NCBI GenBank assembly: GCA_963717145.1
Contig: OY970325.1
Span: 3,040,001 to 3,104,000, forward strand
Length of the DNA: 64,000 bases
Source of the DNA: an uncultured Armatimonadetes bacterium
GTDB taxonomy: Bacteria; Armatimonadota; UBA5829; DTJY01
Direction: 5' to 3'
Shown here: in pieces, positions 46,692 to 57,318 of the stretch
Position numbering within the stretch: the stretch's first letter is position 1
Layout of the letters: every line of letters starts with the position of its first letter
Position numbers and translations under genes: made by a program
Notes under the pieces: generated by a model
The model's input: the letters and a program-made list of their open reading frames with translations, nothing else
What the model was told of the DNA's origin: nothing
Databases searched by the model: none

Positions 46692-46874
46692 CACCAGGGC
46701 CTGTCAGGAATACCTGAAGAATCCTGGTAGAAATGCCGAGAATTCAATTGCGGCATTATGTGTGTCGCATCGTTTTCGTCGTCAAGTTTGGGCTTGTCGC
46801 TTGTGGTCCATTCGGAGGCCACCCCGAATGGACCGTCAGAGCAAGCCCATCATTAGCACAGGAGGGGAAGAAGC

Positions 46875-49150
46875 TTGAAGAAGGGCAGATTGGTCCGCAT
46901 CGTCGTGCCGATCGCGTTTGCATTGCTCATGGTGATCGCGATAGGCATGCCTGTTCATGCAGGCACCACCGGTATCATCTCCGGTACGGTGACCGACTCG
47001 GCGACCGGCGAGAAGCTGGCGGGAGTCAACGTTATTGTCGAGGGCACGACCCTCACCACGGTAACCAACGCAGAGGGTTACTACGTCATCACAAACGTCC
47101 CCGTGGGCGACTACACCGTCACCACCAGCCTGGTCGGTTACTCGGACGCCCTGGTGGAGAAGGTCTCCGTCCTTATGGACGTGACGTCCGCGGCCGATTT
47201 CCCGATGGAGACGGCTGTTGCTGCGGAGGAGCAGGTCATCGTGACCGGCAGCCGGCCGATGATCCAGCCAGACGTCGTGCCGACGATGCACGTGGTCACC
47301 TCCGAGCAGGAGAAGAACATCCTCGGACAGCCCGCAAACCGCTACCAGGCGCCGTCGATCGTCCTCACTCAGCCGGGTGTTGTCGCCGATGCGGATGGGT
47401 TCCCGCACATCCGAGGCGGCCGCGTGAACCAGATCGCCTACCTGCTCGACGGCATTCCGATCACCGAGCCGGTAACTAACGGATTCGGCACGAACCTGAT
47501 GACCATCGGCATGGACAAGATGGAAGTCTTCACCGGCGGCTACAGGCCGGAGTACGGCAATGCCATCAGCGGCGTCTTCAACCAGGTCATCAAATCGGGG
47601 CGCACATCCCCCGGCTCTCAACTCGAGATGACCGGCGGATCCAGCGCCTATTCGCTCATCTTCCCTGAGATCGGCGGTTACACCGATAACGGACTCGACT
47701 ACTACGTCGGCGCTTACATTCAGAAGAGCGACCTCGAGGACATGTACTTCACAACCTCCGACAATATGGACTCGGTCGGGAAGTTCTCGTATGCGCTCAG
47801 CCCGAAGGACACCCTGACCCTTCTGACTGCGAGCGGTGACGGCGTGTACGGCTTCGAGTCGACCCACACCATGACTTACGGCAAGGACGGTCTGGTGGAT
47901 ATACCTCAGCAGCAGGATCATCAGCATCAGAGCTATCTGCTGAGCGCGTTCACGTACAACCACACGATCAATTCATCCTCATTCTTCACCGTCCGGCCCT
48001 ACTACTTCCGGAACAGGTGGATGATCGATGCGATTTCGGACGACATCGGCTACTGGTGGGATGCTGAGTCCGCGACGACCGGCCTTCTCTTCGACTACAC
48101 GAACCAGTTGAGCGACAAGCACCTGGTCAAAATGGGCGGCCAGTGGATGAACAGCAGCAACAGGTACTGGGCGATTGTCCCGGCATACGGTGACTATGAG
48201 TACACCGCCGACACGGATACGCTGCAGACGGCGTTCTTCATCCAGGACCAGATGAAACTCACTTCGAAACTCGGACTCGAGGCCGGCCTGCGATACGACC
48301 AGATGAAGTATGACAGGGTCATCAATCAGGACACCAGCGAGTCACAGGTCAGCCCGAGACTCGGACTCACCTATGCCGCAGACGAGAAGACGAACTGGCG
48401 GTTCTCCTGGGGCAGGATGATCCAGTTCGTGTACACCCAGGCGATCGAGCGGAACTACGTCAACCCGGACTGGTACGACTGGATGGGTCTCGGCAATGCT
48501 GATGTCCGACCGGAGCGCGCGACTCAGTGGGACATCGGCTGGGAGCGACAGGTCGGCGAGGACGCGGCGCTCAGCGTGACGCCGTTCTATCGGAAGTTCA
48601 ACGACATGCTTCAGGTCCGCTCGCTCGATCCCAGCGACCCGAACGGCTATCCGCAGACGTTCCAGAACCTGGGCGAGGGAGTCAGCAGGGGCATCGAGTT
48701 CCAGATTCGCAAACGGCCGAGCAACAACTGGTCCGGATGGCTGTCATACACGCTGTCCAGCGCGAAGGCACAGGCCAGCAACGACCGCCAGGCGATCACC
48801 TCAACCGCGTCGAACTACGTGGACTGGGATCAGCGCCACACGGTCGTCGGCGTGTTGAACCTGATGCGCGGCCCGTGGATGTACAGCTTCATGGGCGAGT
48901 ATGGCAGCGGTCTTCCGTATACCCTCACGGCGGACACCACGCCTAACACCAATCGTGTCAGCTCGCACATGCTCTTCAACGTGAACGTGAGTCGCGAGGT
49001 CAAGGGCGGATGGCTCCTCAGGGCACCATGAGCCTGAGCATCGCGAACCTGTTCAACTCTCACTCGGTCCTCAGCAGAGACGGCGATGGGGAACCTCTGG
49101 TCCGGGTGCAGCCGAGGTTCCTCTCGCTGTCCTTCGCGAGACCGTTCTAG
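46875..49150 (+). CDS. TonB-dependent receptor with N-terminal carboxypeptidase-regulatory-like domain; apparent frameshift near 49015
   Basis: GIISGTVTD, plug IRGG...YLLDG, TGGYRPEYG, SPRLG; shifted frame ends ...LSFARPF* with terminal Phe. Confidence 0.88.
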
Positions 49151-49171
49151 TACCTGCGCTTCTCTCCTCCG

Positions 49172-49210
49172 AAGAAGCCCCGGGAGCACTTTCCCGGGGC
49201 TTCTTTGTTT
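49172..49210 (+). terminator. Intrinsic terminator
   Basis: AAGAAGCCCCGGGA / TCCCGGGGCTTCTT then TGTTT. Confidence 0.85.
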
Positions 49211-49361
49211 GCCCCCCTGCGAAGGTCAGGCGAGACCCCGAGTCGAACACTCCTTGGTGTGAACACTTTGCGTGGGGACCATGCCTGCTCGTTGCTCATT
49301 GTGGCTTTGATCTTGCCTCGAATTAGTGGGCACCGGATAATAAGAGATGAGGTGACCCAAG

Positions 49362-49643
49362 ATGAAGAGGCAGTATTCAGAAAGCTTCAAGGCGGAGGCG
49401 GTGAAGTTGGCCTTTTCCGGCAGGGCGAGCAAAGCTCGGATCGCAAAGGAACTGGGAGTCAACATCAACAGCCTGGACGCCTGGATCAGGAAGTACAAGG
49501 AGAGCCTGGGAGAGATCGATCCCAGGAAGAGAGAGTCCCTTGAGGACGAAGTGAAGCGTCTCCGCAAGGAGAACGATCTCCTCCGAGAGGAGAGAGACAT
49601 ATTAAAAAAAGCGGCGGCGTACTTTGCGAGGGAGCAGCAGTGA
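49362..49643 (+). CDS. IS3 transposase OrfA
   Basis: YSESFKAEAVKL HTH, LREERDILKKAAAYF; A7G slippery site at 49604-49611. Confidence 0.93.
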   Translation: MKRQYSESFKAEAVKLAFSGRASKARIAKELGVNINSLDAWIRKYKESLGEIDPRKRESLEDEVKRLRKENDLLREERDILKKAAAYFAREQQ

Positions 49644-50509
49644 AGTACGCCTTCATCGCTGCTCAAGACGGCCGCTTCAGGATCGGGACGATCTGCGGGG
49701 TGCTCGGTGTGAGCCGGAGCGGCTACTACGCGTGGCAGGGGCGTCCCGAAAGCGATCGCGCCAGGAAGAACGAGAAGCTGCTCACACGGATCAGGGAGGT
49801 CCACGCCGAGAGCAGAGACACCTACGGTAGCCCGAGGGTTCACATACGGCTTCGGCAGGCGGGTGAGACCTGCAGCAGAGGCCGTGTGGCCAGGCTCATG
49901 ACAGCAAACGGAATCCGCGCAAGACAGAAACGGAAGTTCCGTGTTACGACTAACTCCAGGCACAACCAGCCTGTGGCGGCGAATCTGCTCAAGAGAAACT
50001 TCGAGGTAGCCAGACCGAACAGTGTCTGGGTAAGCGACATAACGTATGTGCATACCCGTGAGGGTTGGCTCTATCTTTCGGCGGTGATGGATCTTTACTC
50101 GCGCCAGATAGTGGGCTGGTCGATGAAAGAGACGCTTGGGAGTGTGCTCGCAAGTGAGGCGCTCAGGATGGCATACAAGAACAGAAGACCGGTCGGCGAA
50201 GTCATCCATCATTCGGATCGAGGGTGTCAGTACGCGAGCGGCGAATTTCGTAGGCTTCTCGAAGCCTACGAAATTCGAGCCAGCATGAGCGGCGCCGGGA
50301 ACTGCTATGACAACGCCCCGATGGAGAGCTTCTTTGCGACGCTTAAGGCCGAGCTGATACATCATCGAACATACTCCTCACGAGAGGAAGCGAGATCTGA
50401 TATCTTCGAGTACATCGAAGTGTTCTACAATCGGCAGCGACTCCACTCGAGCCTCGGCTATCGGAGTCCCGCCGACTTCGAGGCGGCCGCTCTCGAACGA
50501 GCGGCCTAG
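49640..50509 (+). CDS. IS3 transposase OrfB (DDE)
   Basis: YGSPR, WVSDITY, HSDRGCQY, DNAPMESFFATLK, YNRQRLHSSL. Confidence 0.95.
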   Translation: MKYAFIAAQDGRFRIGTICGVLGVSRSGYYAWQGRPESDRARKNEKLLTRIREVHAESRDTYGSPRVHIRLRQAGETCSRGRVARLMTANGIRARQKRKFRVTTNSRHNQPVAANLLKRNFEVARPNSVWVSDITYVHTREGWLYLSAVMDLYSRQIVGWSMKETLGSVLASEALRMAYKNRRPVGEVIHHSDRGCQYASGEFRRLLEAYEIRASMSGAGNCYDNAPMESFFATLKAELIHHRTYSSREEARSDIFEYIEVFYNRQRLHSSLGYRSPADFEAAALERAA

Positions 50510-50545
50510 GTGATCTGTCCACGAAAACGGGGCAGGATCACTTAT

Positions 50546-50580
50546 CGAGTATGAGTATGAGTAGGAGTAGGAGTATGAGT
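50546..50580. repeat. Hexamer (GAGTAT/GAGTAG)n
   Basis: Tandem 6-mers; also at 37377-37403, 43013-43039 and 30306-30315. Confidence 0.75.
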
Positions 50581-50585
50581 TCGTA

Positions 50586-51356
50586 ATGCACCTTGAGCTT
50601 TGGCAATGGGCGATGGGAGCCGGGGCGGCTCTGCTTGTGGGGATATCGAAGACCGGCATCCCCGGCGTGGGCATCCTCGTGGTGCCGCTGCTCGCCAGCA
50701 CATTCGGCGGGCGGCCGTCGATCGGCATCATGCTCCCGATGCTCATCATGGGCGACATCTTCGCCGCCACCTGGTACAGACGCCACGTACAGTGGAATAC
50801 GCTGATCGGCCTGCTCCCGTGGGTTGTCGTCGGGCTCGCGATCGGGACGGTCACCCTTCAGTGGACCGCTAAGCTGCCCGTCTCGAAAGACGTGATCGGG
50901 CAGATGATGGGCGCCCTCGTGCTGGTCATGATCGCGGTCTACTTCCTCCAGAAATTCCTTGGCGATAAGCTGACCCCGAAGTCGAAGATCGGTATGGCAG
51001 GCACAGGCATCTCAGCCGGTTTCTCGACGATGGTGTCGAACGCCGCCGGACCGATCATGCAGATCTACCTCGCCGCTCACAGGCTCCCGAAGCAGCAGTT
51101 CATGGGCACGATCGCCTGGTACTTCTTCACCATCAACCTGAGCAAGCTGCCGGTGTACATCGTGCTCAGCGTGATGAATCCCGGCAACCCGATCGTGACC
51201 AAGTCCTCGGGGCTGTTCAACCTGATGATGTTCCCGGTGATCGTGGTCGGGGTGTATATCGGCAAATGGCTGCTCCCCCGGATGTCACAGAAGCAGTTCG
51301 ACGTGGCGGTCTTCGTCCTAGCGGCGGCGGGCGCGATCAAGCTGCTGATCGGGTAG
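50586..51356 (+). CDS. TauE/SafE family permease
   Basis: GISKTGIPG, LPMLIMGD, NAAGP, FMGT, NLSKLP. Confidence 0.9.
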   Translation: MHLELWQWAMGAGAALLVGISKTGIPGVGILVVPLLASTFGGRPSIGIMLPMLIMGDIFAATWYRRHVQWNTLIGLLPWVVVGLAIGTVTLQWTAKLPVSKDVIGQMMGALVLVMIAVYFLQKFLGDKLTPKSKIGMAGTGISAGFSTMVSNAAGPIMQIYLAAHRLPKQQFMGTIAWYFFTINLSKLPVYIVLSVMNPGNPIVTKSSGLFNLMMFPVIVVGVYIGKWLLPRMSQKQFDVAVFVLAAAGAIKLLIG

Positions 51357-51442
51357 CCGGAAAGAAGTGGTCTGTGAAACCGAAGATTCCCCCGCCTCAC
51401 CGCGTCTAACATATCGGGCAATCTGCCACCTCGAGGGATCAG

Positions 51443-53239
51443 ATGAAGCGATCTGTGCTCGTACTCTGCATGCTGGCTATGATTGGAATGGATGCGCTCT
51501 CCGCATCTGAGCCTGCAGACGCGCGCCTGGATCAGAAGGTCACGATCGAGTCCATCGGGACGCCGCTGGGCGACTTCCTCAGAGATGTCTCGGCGCAGAC
51601 AGGCGTCCGGTTCAGCGCGCGGAAAGACGCGTCCGACATCAAGATCGCCGTCTTCATCAAGGATGTGCCGCTATCATCGCTACGAGACGCCCTCAAGGAT
51701 TGCCTGCACCTCCAGTGTACGCGCGAGGGCAAGAAGGACGAGTGGACGTACAGCTTCTGGGAGGATCTGAAGACGAAGCAGGCGGCCGAGCAGCTCAAGC
51801 AGGAGGAAATCAAGAAGCTTCGGGCATTCATCGAGAAGCTGATCAAGCAGGCTGACGATATCGAGGCCGAGGGAAAGGAGCCGGTAGAGTTTGCGAAGGA
51901 GATCGGCGCGCTGAGCCTCGAGAAGAAAGAGCAGTTCATCCACGGGAGCCCGGAGCGCTATGCCGCGGCGATGGCATTTGCAGCCGATGGAACGCTCCCG
52001 GCGATCACAGCGTACTCGGCCCTTAGTCAGGCTCAGGTACGGGCGTTGTGGGCCGGAGAGAAGGTGACGATCCGCAGCGCAGATATGTCTCCCGAACTCG
52101 GACAGAGGTTCGACAAGAGACTGGAGCCCTGGATAAGGCATATGCTCAGTCTGGGCAGTTGGGGCGGCCAGGACGTTGCACCCGCAGACCCTGGTGAGAC
52201 CGGCCAGGTGGTATTCAGCATTGGAGAGAGCGAGTGGAACAACAAGCCGAGCCTGAAATACATGTTCGGCAACGGCGGTTCGTCCCTGACCGTGCCACTG
52301 GAGGAGAAGACCAATCCGCCTCAGGAAGATGTGGGCAGCGAAGCAGATAGCAGACCGGACCTCAGGCTGAAGGATGCATACACGTCTACCTGCTATCAGG
52401 TCATGGAGCAGGCGCACGATCTGACCGACGTGGGCATCGTCTCGGACTACTACACGCGCCTCGACCAGAAGAGCATCATGCCCAACATAACCGCAGGGAA
52501 CTTCCGGCCGTTCAAGACAGGCGATGACGTCCTGCGACAAGTGGCCGTTGATACGGAGTGCGATCTCGGCGCTATGGGCGAGATTCGGCTGATCTCACGG
52601 AAGACATGGCCTGGCGACCGCGACCGAGAGATCCCCGAGCGACTTCTGGTTAAGTGGCGGAAGGCCCGGAAGGATTACGGCGGAGCCCGCATCGAGGAGG
52701 CGTTAGAGATGGCCGGCCTCAGCCGCCTCCAACTCGGGGACCTGGACATGTACAAGACCGGTTACGGGGAGTCGATCATCGCAGGCGGCCACATGGCGCT
52801 ACGGATGGCCGCCTCGCTCAGCGCCGGCCAGTGGCAGGCGGCCATGACGGAGCAAGGTCTCCCAACTGCGGGCATGAGCAACGCTCAGTTGGCGCTGATT
52901 CAGTCTTGGGCGAAGGCATCGGAGGAGTACGGCTCGTCCACCAGACTGAGCGACGAGTTGAGCGATCCCCAGAGACTGAGATCATGCCTCTTCAAGGTCA
53001 GGTACAGGGGTCCTGGCGGCAAGAACGACGTCCAGGGCCGGTGGGAGTTCGAACTATACCCGCCGAGCTACTACGAAGCAATCAGGAAGGGCGCATCAGA
53101 GGCGACAAGCAAGGATCAGGGGTTCGCCGTGCCGTCGCCCGAATGCCGTGGATACATCCGCCTGGCGGACCTGAATCAGGGGCGTGGCTGGCCGTCGCCA
53201 TCGGACGAGAAGGGAGAAGATACACAAGCGTCTAAGTAG
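51443..53239 (+). CDS. Secreted protein with STN-like segments; paralog of 32276..33880
   Basis: Signal peptide, DARLDQKVT, VSAQTGVRF, LTDVGIVSDYY. Confidence 0.7.
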   Translation: MKRSVLVLCMLAMIGMDALSASEPADARLDQKVTIESIGTPLGDFLRDVSAQTGVRFSARKDASDIKIAVFIKDVPLSSLRDALKDCLHLQCTREGKKDEWTYSFWEDLKTKQAAEQLKQEEIKKLRAFIEKLIKQADDIEAEGKEPVEFAKEIGALSLEKKEQFIHGSPERYAAAMAFAADGTLPAITAYSALSQAQVRALWAGEKVTIRSADMSPELGQRFDKRLEPWIRHMLSLGSWGGQDVAPADPGETGQVVFSIGESEWNNKPSLKYMFGNGGSSLTVPLEEKTNPPQEDVGSEADSRPDLRLKDAYTSTCYQVMEQAHDLTDVGIVSDYYTRLDQKSIMPNITAGNFRPFKTGDDVLRQVAVDTECDLGAMGEIRLISRKTWPGDRDREIPERLLVKWRKARKDYGGARIEEALEMAGLSRLQLGDLDMYKTGYGESIIAGGHMALRMAASLSAGQWQAAMTEQGLPTAGMSNAQLALIQSWAKASEEYGSSTRLSDELSDPQRLRSCLFKVRYRGPGGKNDVQGRWEFELYPPSYYEAIRKGASEATSKDQGFAVPSPECRGYIRLADLNQGRGWPSPSDEKGEDTQASK

Positions 53240-53279
53240 GATGCCGACAGAGCTTTTCGACATCATCGGAGGTTTCACC

Positions 53280-54311
53280 ATGAGAAGACTGACCGGCATT
53301 TGTGCGCTTTCCGCACTTCTACTCACTGTCTGCTTCGCCGAATCCGCCGGCCCGAAGCTTTGGGAAGTCAAGACCACCCCCCAGCTACTCTCGGCCGCCG
53401 CGAAGGTCGGTAAGGACGGCGGAACCATCCGCCTGGCAACCGGCCAGTATGTCATCACCAAGCCCATCGTCTTCAAGGGCATGAACCGCATCAACATCGT
53501 CGGCACGGGCTGGGACGTAAACATCCTGATGTCCGGCAAGGGCGACGCATTAGTCTTCGAGGACTGCGGCCACTGCTGCGTGAGAGACCTGATGATCACC
53601 GGCAGCAAGGACGCGGGCTCGGGGATAGTCTTCAAGGGCGCATGCGGATCGGACACCGTCGACTTCTGCCGGATCGCTGTGTTCCCGGTGAGCGGAATCC
53701 GCTTCGAGGGTCCGGAGAAGAGCGCGCAGTCGTCCAACACCGTCAGCCGATGCCACTTCATCGGCAACCTGCAGGATCAGCTCTACAGCCTCAACAACAA
53801 CGACTTCTACATCCTGCAGAACCAGTTCGGCACGCACGGCGGCACCCCGAAGACCGGCGTTCGGCTCGACCATTCGTCCGCCGGAACGTACTCCTTGAAC
53901 TACCACTGGGGCAACGAGGTCGCGCTCAGAATGGGTCCGCACTCCCATTTCAACCGCATCGAGAACAACCGCTTCGAGAACTCGCTCAAGGAGGGCGTGA
54001 TCATCGGCGGGCCGGAACCCTGGTCGTGCATGATGACCATCTTCACCGGCAACACCGTCCACACCAACTCGGAGTCGGAGTTCGGCAAGTACCCAGCGGT
54101 TACCGCCACCAACGCTACGAGCACGACCTTCACCTCCAACCAGGTTTTCAGTTGGAACGCGGGCACGGCTAAGCACAGCTCGAGCCTGATCGTCGGAGCC
54201 GGGTGTCGTGGCTGGATCGTGAAGGACAACATCTTCGCCCACAACACCGGCAAGTCGCTGATCTACGATGAGAACAGCGGCCACATCGTGAAGGACAACA
54301 TCACGGACTGA
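53280..54311 (+). CDS. Secreted right-handed beta-helix (NosD/pectin-lyase-like) protein
   Basis: Signal peptide MRRLTGIC, GGTIRLATGQY, Asn-ladder repeats. Confidence 0.8.
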   Translation: MRRLTGICALSALLLTVCFAESAGPKLWEVKTTPQLLSAAAKVGKDGGTIRLATGQYVITKPIVFKGMNRINIVGTGWDVNILMSGKGDALVFEDCGHCCVRDLMITGSKDAGSGIVFKGACGSDTVDFCRIAVFPVSGIRFEGPEKSAQSSNTVSRCHFIGNLQDQLYSLNNNDFYILQNQFGTHGGTPKTGVRLDHSSAGTYSLNYHWGNEVALRMGPHSHFNRIENNRFENSLKEGVIIGGPEPWSCMMTIFTGNTVHTNSESEFGKYPAVTATNATSTTFTSNQVFSWNAGTAKHSSSLIVGAGCRGWIVKDNIFAHNTGKSLIYDENSGHIVKDNITD

Positions 54312-54352
54312 CCGCACTGGCGCGACGCCAACCATCCTGCTACAATAGCCGC

Positions 54353-54922
54353 ATGAGAGACTTCATCGTCACCGTGATGGCGCGGGACCGGGTGGGGATC
54401 GTGCGGGATGTCAGTTCGGCCCTCGCGGGACTCGGGGGGAACATCACGAACCTGAGCCAGACGGTCGTGCGCGAGTACTTCACGCTCATCATCTCCGTCG
54501 AGATGCCCGACGAGCACACTGAGCCCGAGATCCGAGAGGCGGTCGCGGGCAGTGGTGCGCCCGGTGAGATTGAGGTCGGGGTGAAGCCATTCCACGAGGC
54601 GGCGGAGGTCAGCAAGGTCGGGACGGAGCCGTTCACCCTGACGATGCAGGGAAGGGACCGGCCCGGGATCATCGCGCGGACGACCTCCTACCTCGCCGAG
54701 CGCGGCATCAATATTGACGACTTCTACTCCTACGTACACGATGGCATCCTCCTCATGCTGGCGGAGGTGTCGATACCCACGGGGATCGATGTCGAGGCGG
54801 TTCAGGCCGGATTGGAGGGCGTCGGCGGCGAGTTCGGGCTGATAGTCCACCTCCAGCACGAGAACATCTTCCGCGCAACAAGCGACGTGCGACCGGTCGG
54901 GGGAATGGTGGGAGATGGTTGA
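54353..54922 (+). CDS. Double ACT-domain protein (GcvR-like)
   Basis: RDRVGIV and RDRPGII ACT motifs, QHENIFRA; typical partner of DUF711. Confidence 0.85.
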   Translation: MRDFIVTVMARDRVGIVRDVSSALAGLGGNITNLSQTVVREYFTLIISVEMPDEHTEPEIREAVAGSGAPGEIEVGVKPFHEAAEVSKVGTEPFTLTMQGRDRPGIIARTTSYLAERGINIDDFYSYVHDGILLMLAEVSIPTGIDVEAVQAGLEGVGGEFGLIVHLQHENIFRATSDVRPVGGMVGDG

Positions 54923-54992
54923 TGGTTTATGGTTAATGGGGGATGGAGATCTGCTCCCCCATTGACCATCAGCCATGAACCATCAACCATTC
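54904..54992. repeat. Heptamer inverted tandem-repeat element overlapping the ACT gene stop
   Basis: ATGGTTG ATGGTTT ATGGTTA ... CCATTGA CCATCAG CCATGAA CCATCAA. Confidence 0.82.
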
Positions 54993-55005
54993 CGAAAGGT
55001 TTTCC

Positions 55006-56374
55006 ATGGGTCGAGAAGAGACTTTCCAACTGATAGATATGCTCCAGAACGAGCACCTGGACGTGCGCGCGGTGAACATGGGGATCGACCTGTTCGACTG
55101 CGCGGACCGGGATATCGAGCGCGTCTGCCGGCTCGTCCGGGAGAAGATCGTGCGGTATGCCTCTCCGCTCGTCGGCGCGTGCGACTCGATCGGGCGGCGC
55201 TACGGCATCCCGATCGTCAACAAGCGCGTGGCGGTCAGCCCGATCGCCGATGTCATGGCCGGGCATGACCGGGATGCGCTCCTCCAGCTTGCCCACGCCC
55301 TCGATGAGGCCGCCGAGGACGCCGGGATCGACATCATCGGCGGCTACTCGGCACTCGTCCAGAAGGGGATGAGCGACGGCGACCGGAGCCTCATCGAGAG
55401 CCTGCCCGAGGTGCTCTCCCAGACATCGAGGCTCTGCGCATCGGTCAACGCCGCGAGCACGAAGGCGGGGATCAACGTCGAGGCGCTGCTCCTCCTCGGT
55501 CGAATCGTCGCTCGATATCGCCGCTCGGACCGCCGAGCACGACGGATTCGGCTGCTGCAAGCTCAGCGTCTTCGCCAATATCCCCGAGGACAATCCGTTC
55601 ATGGCGGGCGCGTACAAGGGCATCGGCGAGCCGGAGACGGTCATCAACATCGGGGTCAGCGGGCCGGGGGTCGTGAAGCGCGCCATCGAGCGGCTGAGGG
55701 AGACGACACCCGACTGCACGCTGGGCGACATTGCCGAGCAGATCAAGAGCACCGCGTTCCGAGTCACCCGCTGTGGCGAACTGATCGGTCGTGAGGTCGC
55801 GAGGGCAGTCGGCGCGGAATTCGGGATCGTTGACCTCTCGCTCGCCCCCACCCCGGCGGTCGGTGACAGCGTCGGCGAGATATTCCAGGCGATGGGGATT
55901 CCGTGCATCGGCGGGCCGGGCACGACCGCGGCGCTCGCGATGCTCAACGATGCCGTCAAGAAGGGCGGATCGTTCGCGTCTTCGTCGGTCGGCGGGCTCT
56001 CCGGCGCGTTCATCCCGGTCGCGGAGGACTCGGCGCTCGCGAAGGCGGTCGAGGACGGGCATCTTCGACTGGAGAAGCTCGAGGCGATGACGAGCGTCTG
56101 CTCGGTCGGGCTCGACATGATCGCGCTCCCCGGCGACACGACCGCCGAGACGCTGACGGCGATCGCGATGGACGAGCTGGCGATCGGCGTGATCAACCGG
56201 AAGACGACCTCGGTTCGCCTGATCCCGGTCCCGGGCAAGAAGGCGGGCGACCGCGCGGTCTTCGGCGGGCTCTTCGGCGAGAGCCCGATCCTGGCGGTCC
56301 CGAACCACACCTCGGACGCCTTCGTCTCCCTCGGCGGCCGGATTCCGGCCCCGCTCACGAGTTTGAATAACTGA
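55006..56374 (+). CDS. DUF711 / UPF0210 protein; apparent frameshift near 55510
   Basis: [59 protein letters not shown]. Confidence 0.9.
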
Positions 56375-56403
56375 TTCATCGCTATCAGGTTAGGAGGTGG
56401 CAG

Positions 56404-57279
56404 ATGCCAGCTGAAAATGCGATTGACCGGTTGATTGGTGAGGGCGAGCAGATCAAGTCGGATATTGACTGTCTGATAGCCTTCTGGCCAACCGATGACG
56501 GCACACCGACGGGATGGCCTAAGGATCGAGAGCAGTTGGGCGTATTCGACAAGGAGCGGCTGAGAGAGTTACGGATACGCTTGAGGAGTTGGCAGAACCT
56601 GATCTACCAAGAGATCCGCGACAGGACTCCATATGATGCGGAGTCCATCAGAGGACTGTTCGACAGGGTAGAGGATGTGGCGGAATTCGATGTGTTTGGC
56701 ATTTCCAAGGAGGTCCAGGATCGGATGACAAACACGGGTGGAGTGAAGGACCCCGCCAAGGCAATGGCTCAGGAACGGGTAGACAAGATCATTGATTTGA
56801 TTCGATCAGTTCCAGAGAGATCAGAAGCTGATGTTCCGACATCTGGGACTGAGCAGGTTCAGGTGCAGCCAGCGTCCAGACCGAACACTGCTTTCATCCT
56901 AATGTGGATGGACAGGACGAATGCTGAGTTGGACGACATCTGCAATGGGATCAAGGAAGTATGCGGACGATTTGAAGTCAAGGCGCTGAGAGCGGATGAT
57001 GTGGAGCACCAGGAGTTGATAACTGATGTGATCCTCGATCATATCCAGCACTCAGAGATACTCATAGCCGACCTCACCGGTGAACGTCCGAATGTTTACT
57101 ACGAGGTGGGGTACGCTCATGCTCTGCAGAAGCGTCCAGTCCTGTGCCGAAAGGCCGGTACGCACCTTCACTTCGACATCGCTGGCTACAATGTCATCGA
57201 ATATAGAAACATAACAGAGCTGAAGACTCAGCTTGAGAACCGTCTCACAGCCATGACAGGTCGCAATCCCTCTGTCTAG
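56404..57279 (+). CDS. Protein with C-terminal nucleoside 2-deoxyribosyltransferase-like domain
   Basis: AFILM, RADD, IADLTGERPNVYYEVGYAHA, FDI. Confidence 0.72.
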   Translation: MPAENAIDRLIGEGEQIKSDIDCLIAFWPTDDGTPTGWPKDREQLGVFDKERLRELRIRLRSWQNLIYQEIRDRTPYDAESIRGLFDRVEDVAEFDVFGISKEVQDRMTNTGGVKDPAKAMAQERVDKIIDLIRSVPERSEADVPTSGTEQVQVQPASRPNTAFILMWMDRTNAELDDICNGIKEVCGRFEVKALRADDVEHQELITDVILDHIQHSEILIADLTGERPNVYYEVGYAHALQKRPVLCRKAGTHLHFDIAGYNVIEYRNITELKTQLENRLTAMTGRNPSV

Positions 57280-57318
57280 ACCTGTTCGTATTGTATCAAG
57301 GAGAAGGATGAGGCGTCC

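Larger units (their letters stand above)
49308..50540 (+). mobile_element. IS3-family insertion sequence, complete
   Basis: IRL TGATCTTGCCTCGAATTAGTGGGCA, IRR revcomp TGATCCTGCCCCGTTTTCGTGGACA, 3-bp CTT target duplication (49305-49307 and 50541-50543). Confidence 0.95.

Noticed and set aside
49226-50365. 379-aa antisense ORF
   Set aside because: Shadow of the IS3 transposase, like the other long antisense ORFs in this GC-rich window
56404-57279. Retron, CBASS or Thoeris system
   Set aside because: No reverse transcriptase, cyclase or partner effector in the window
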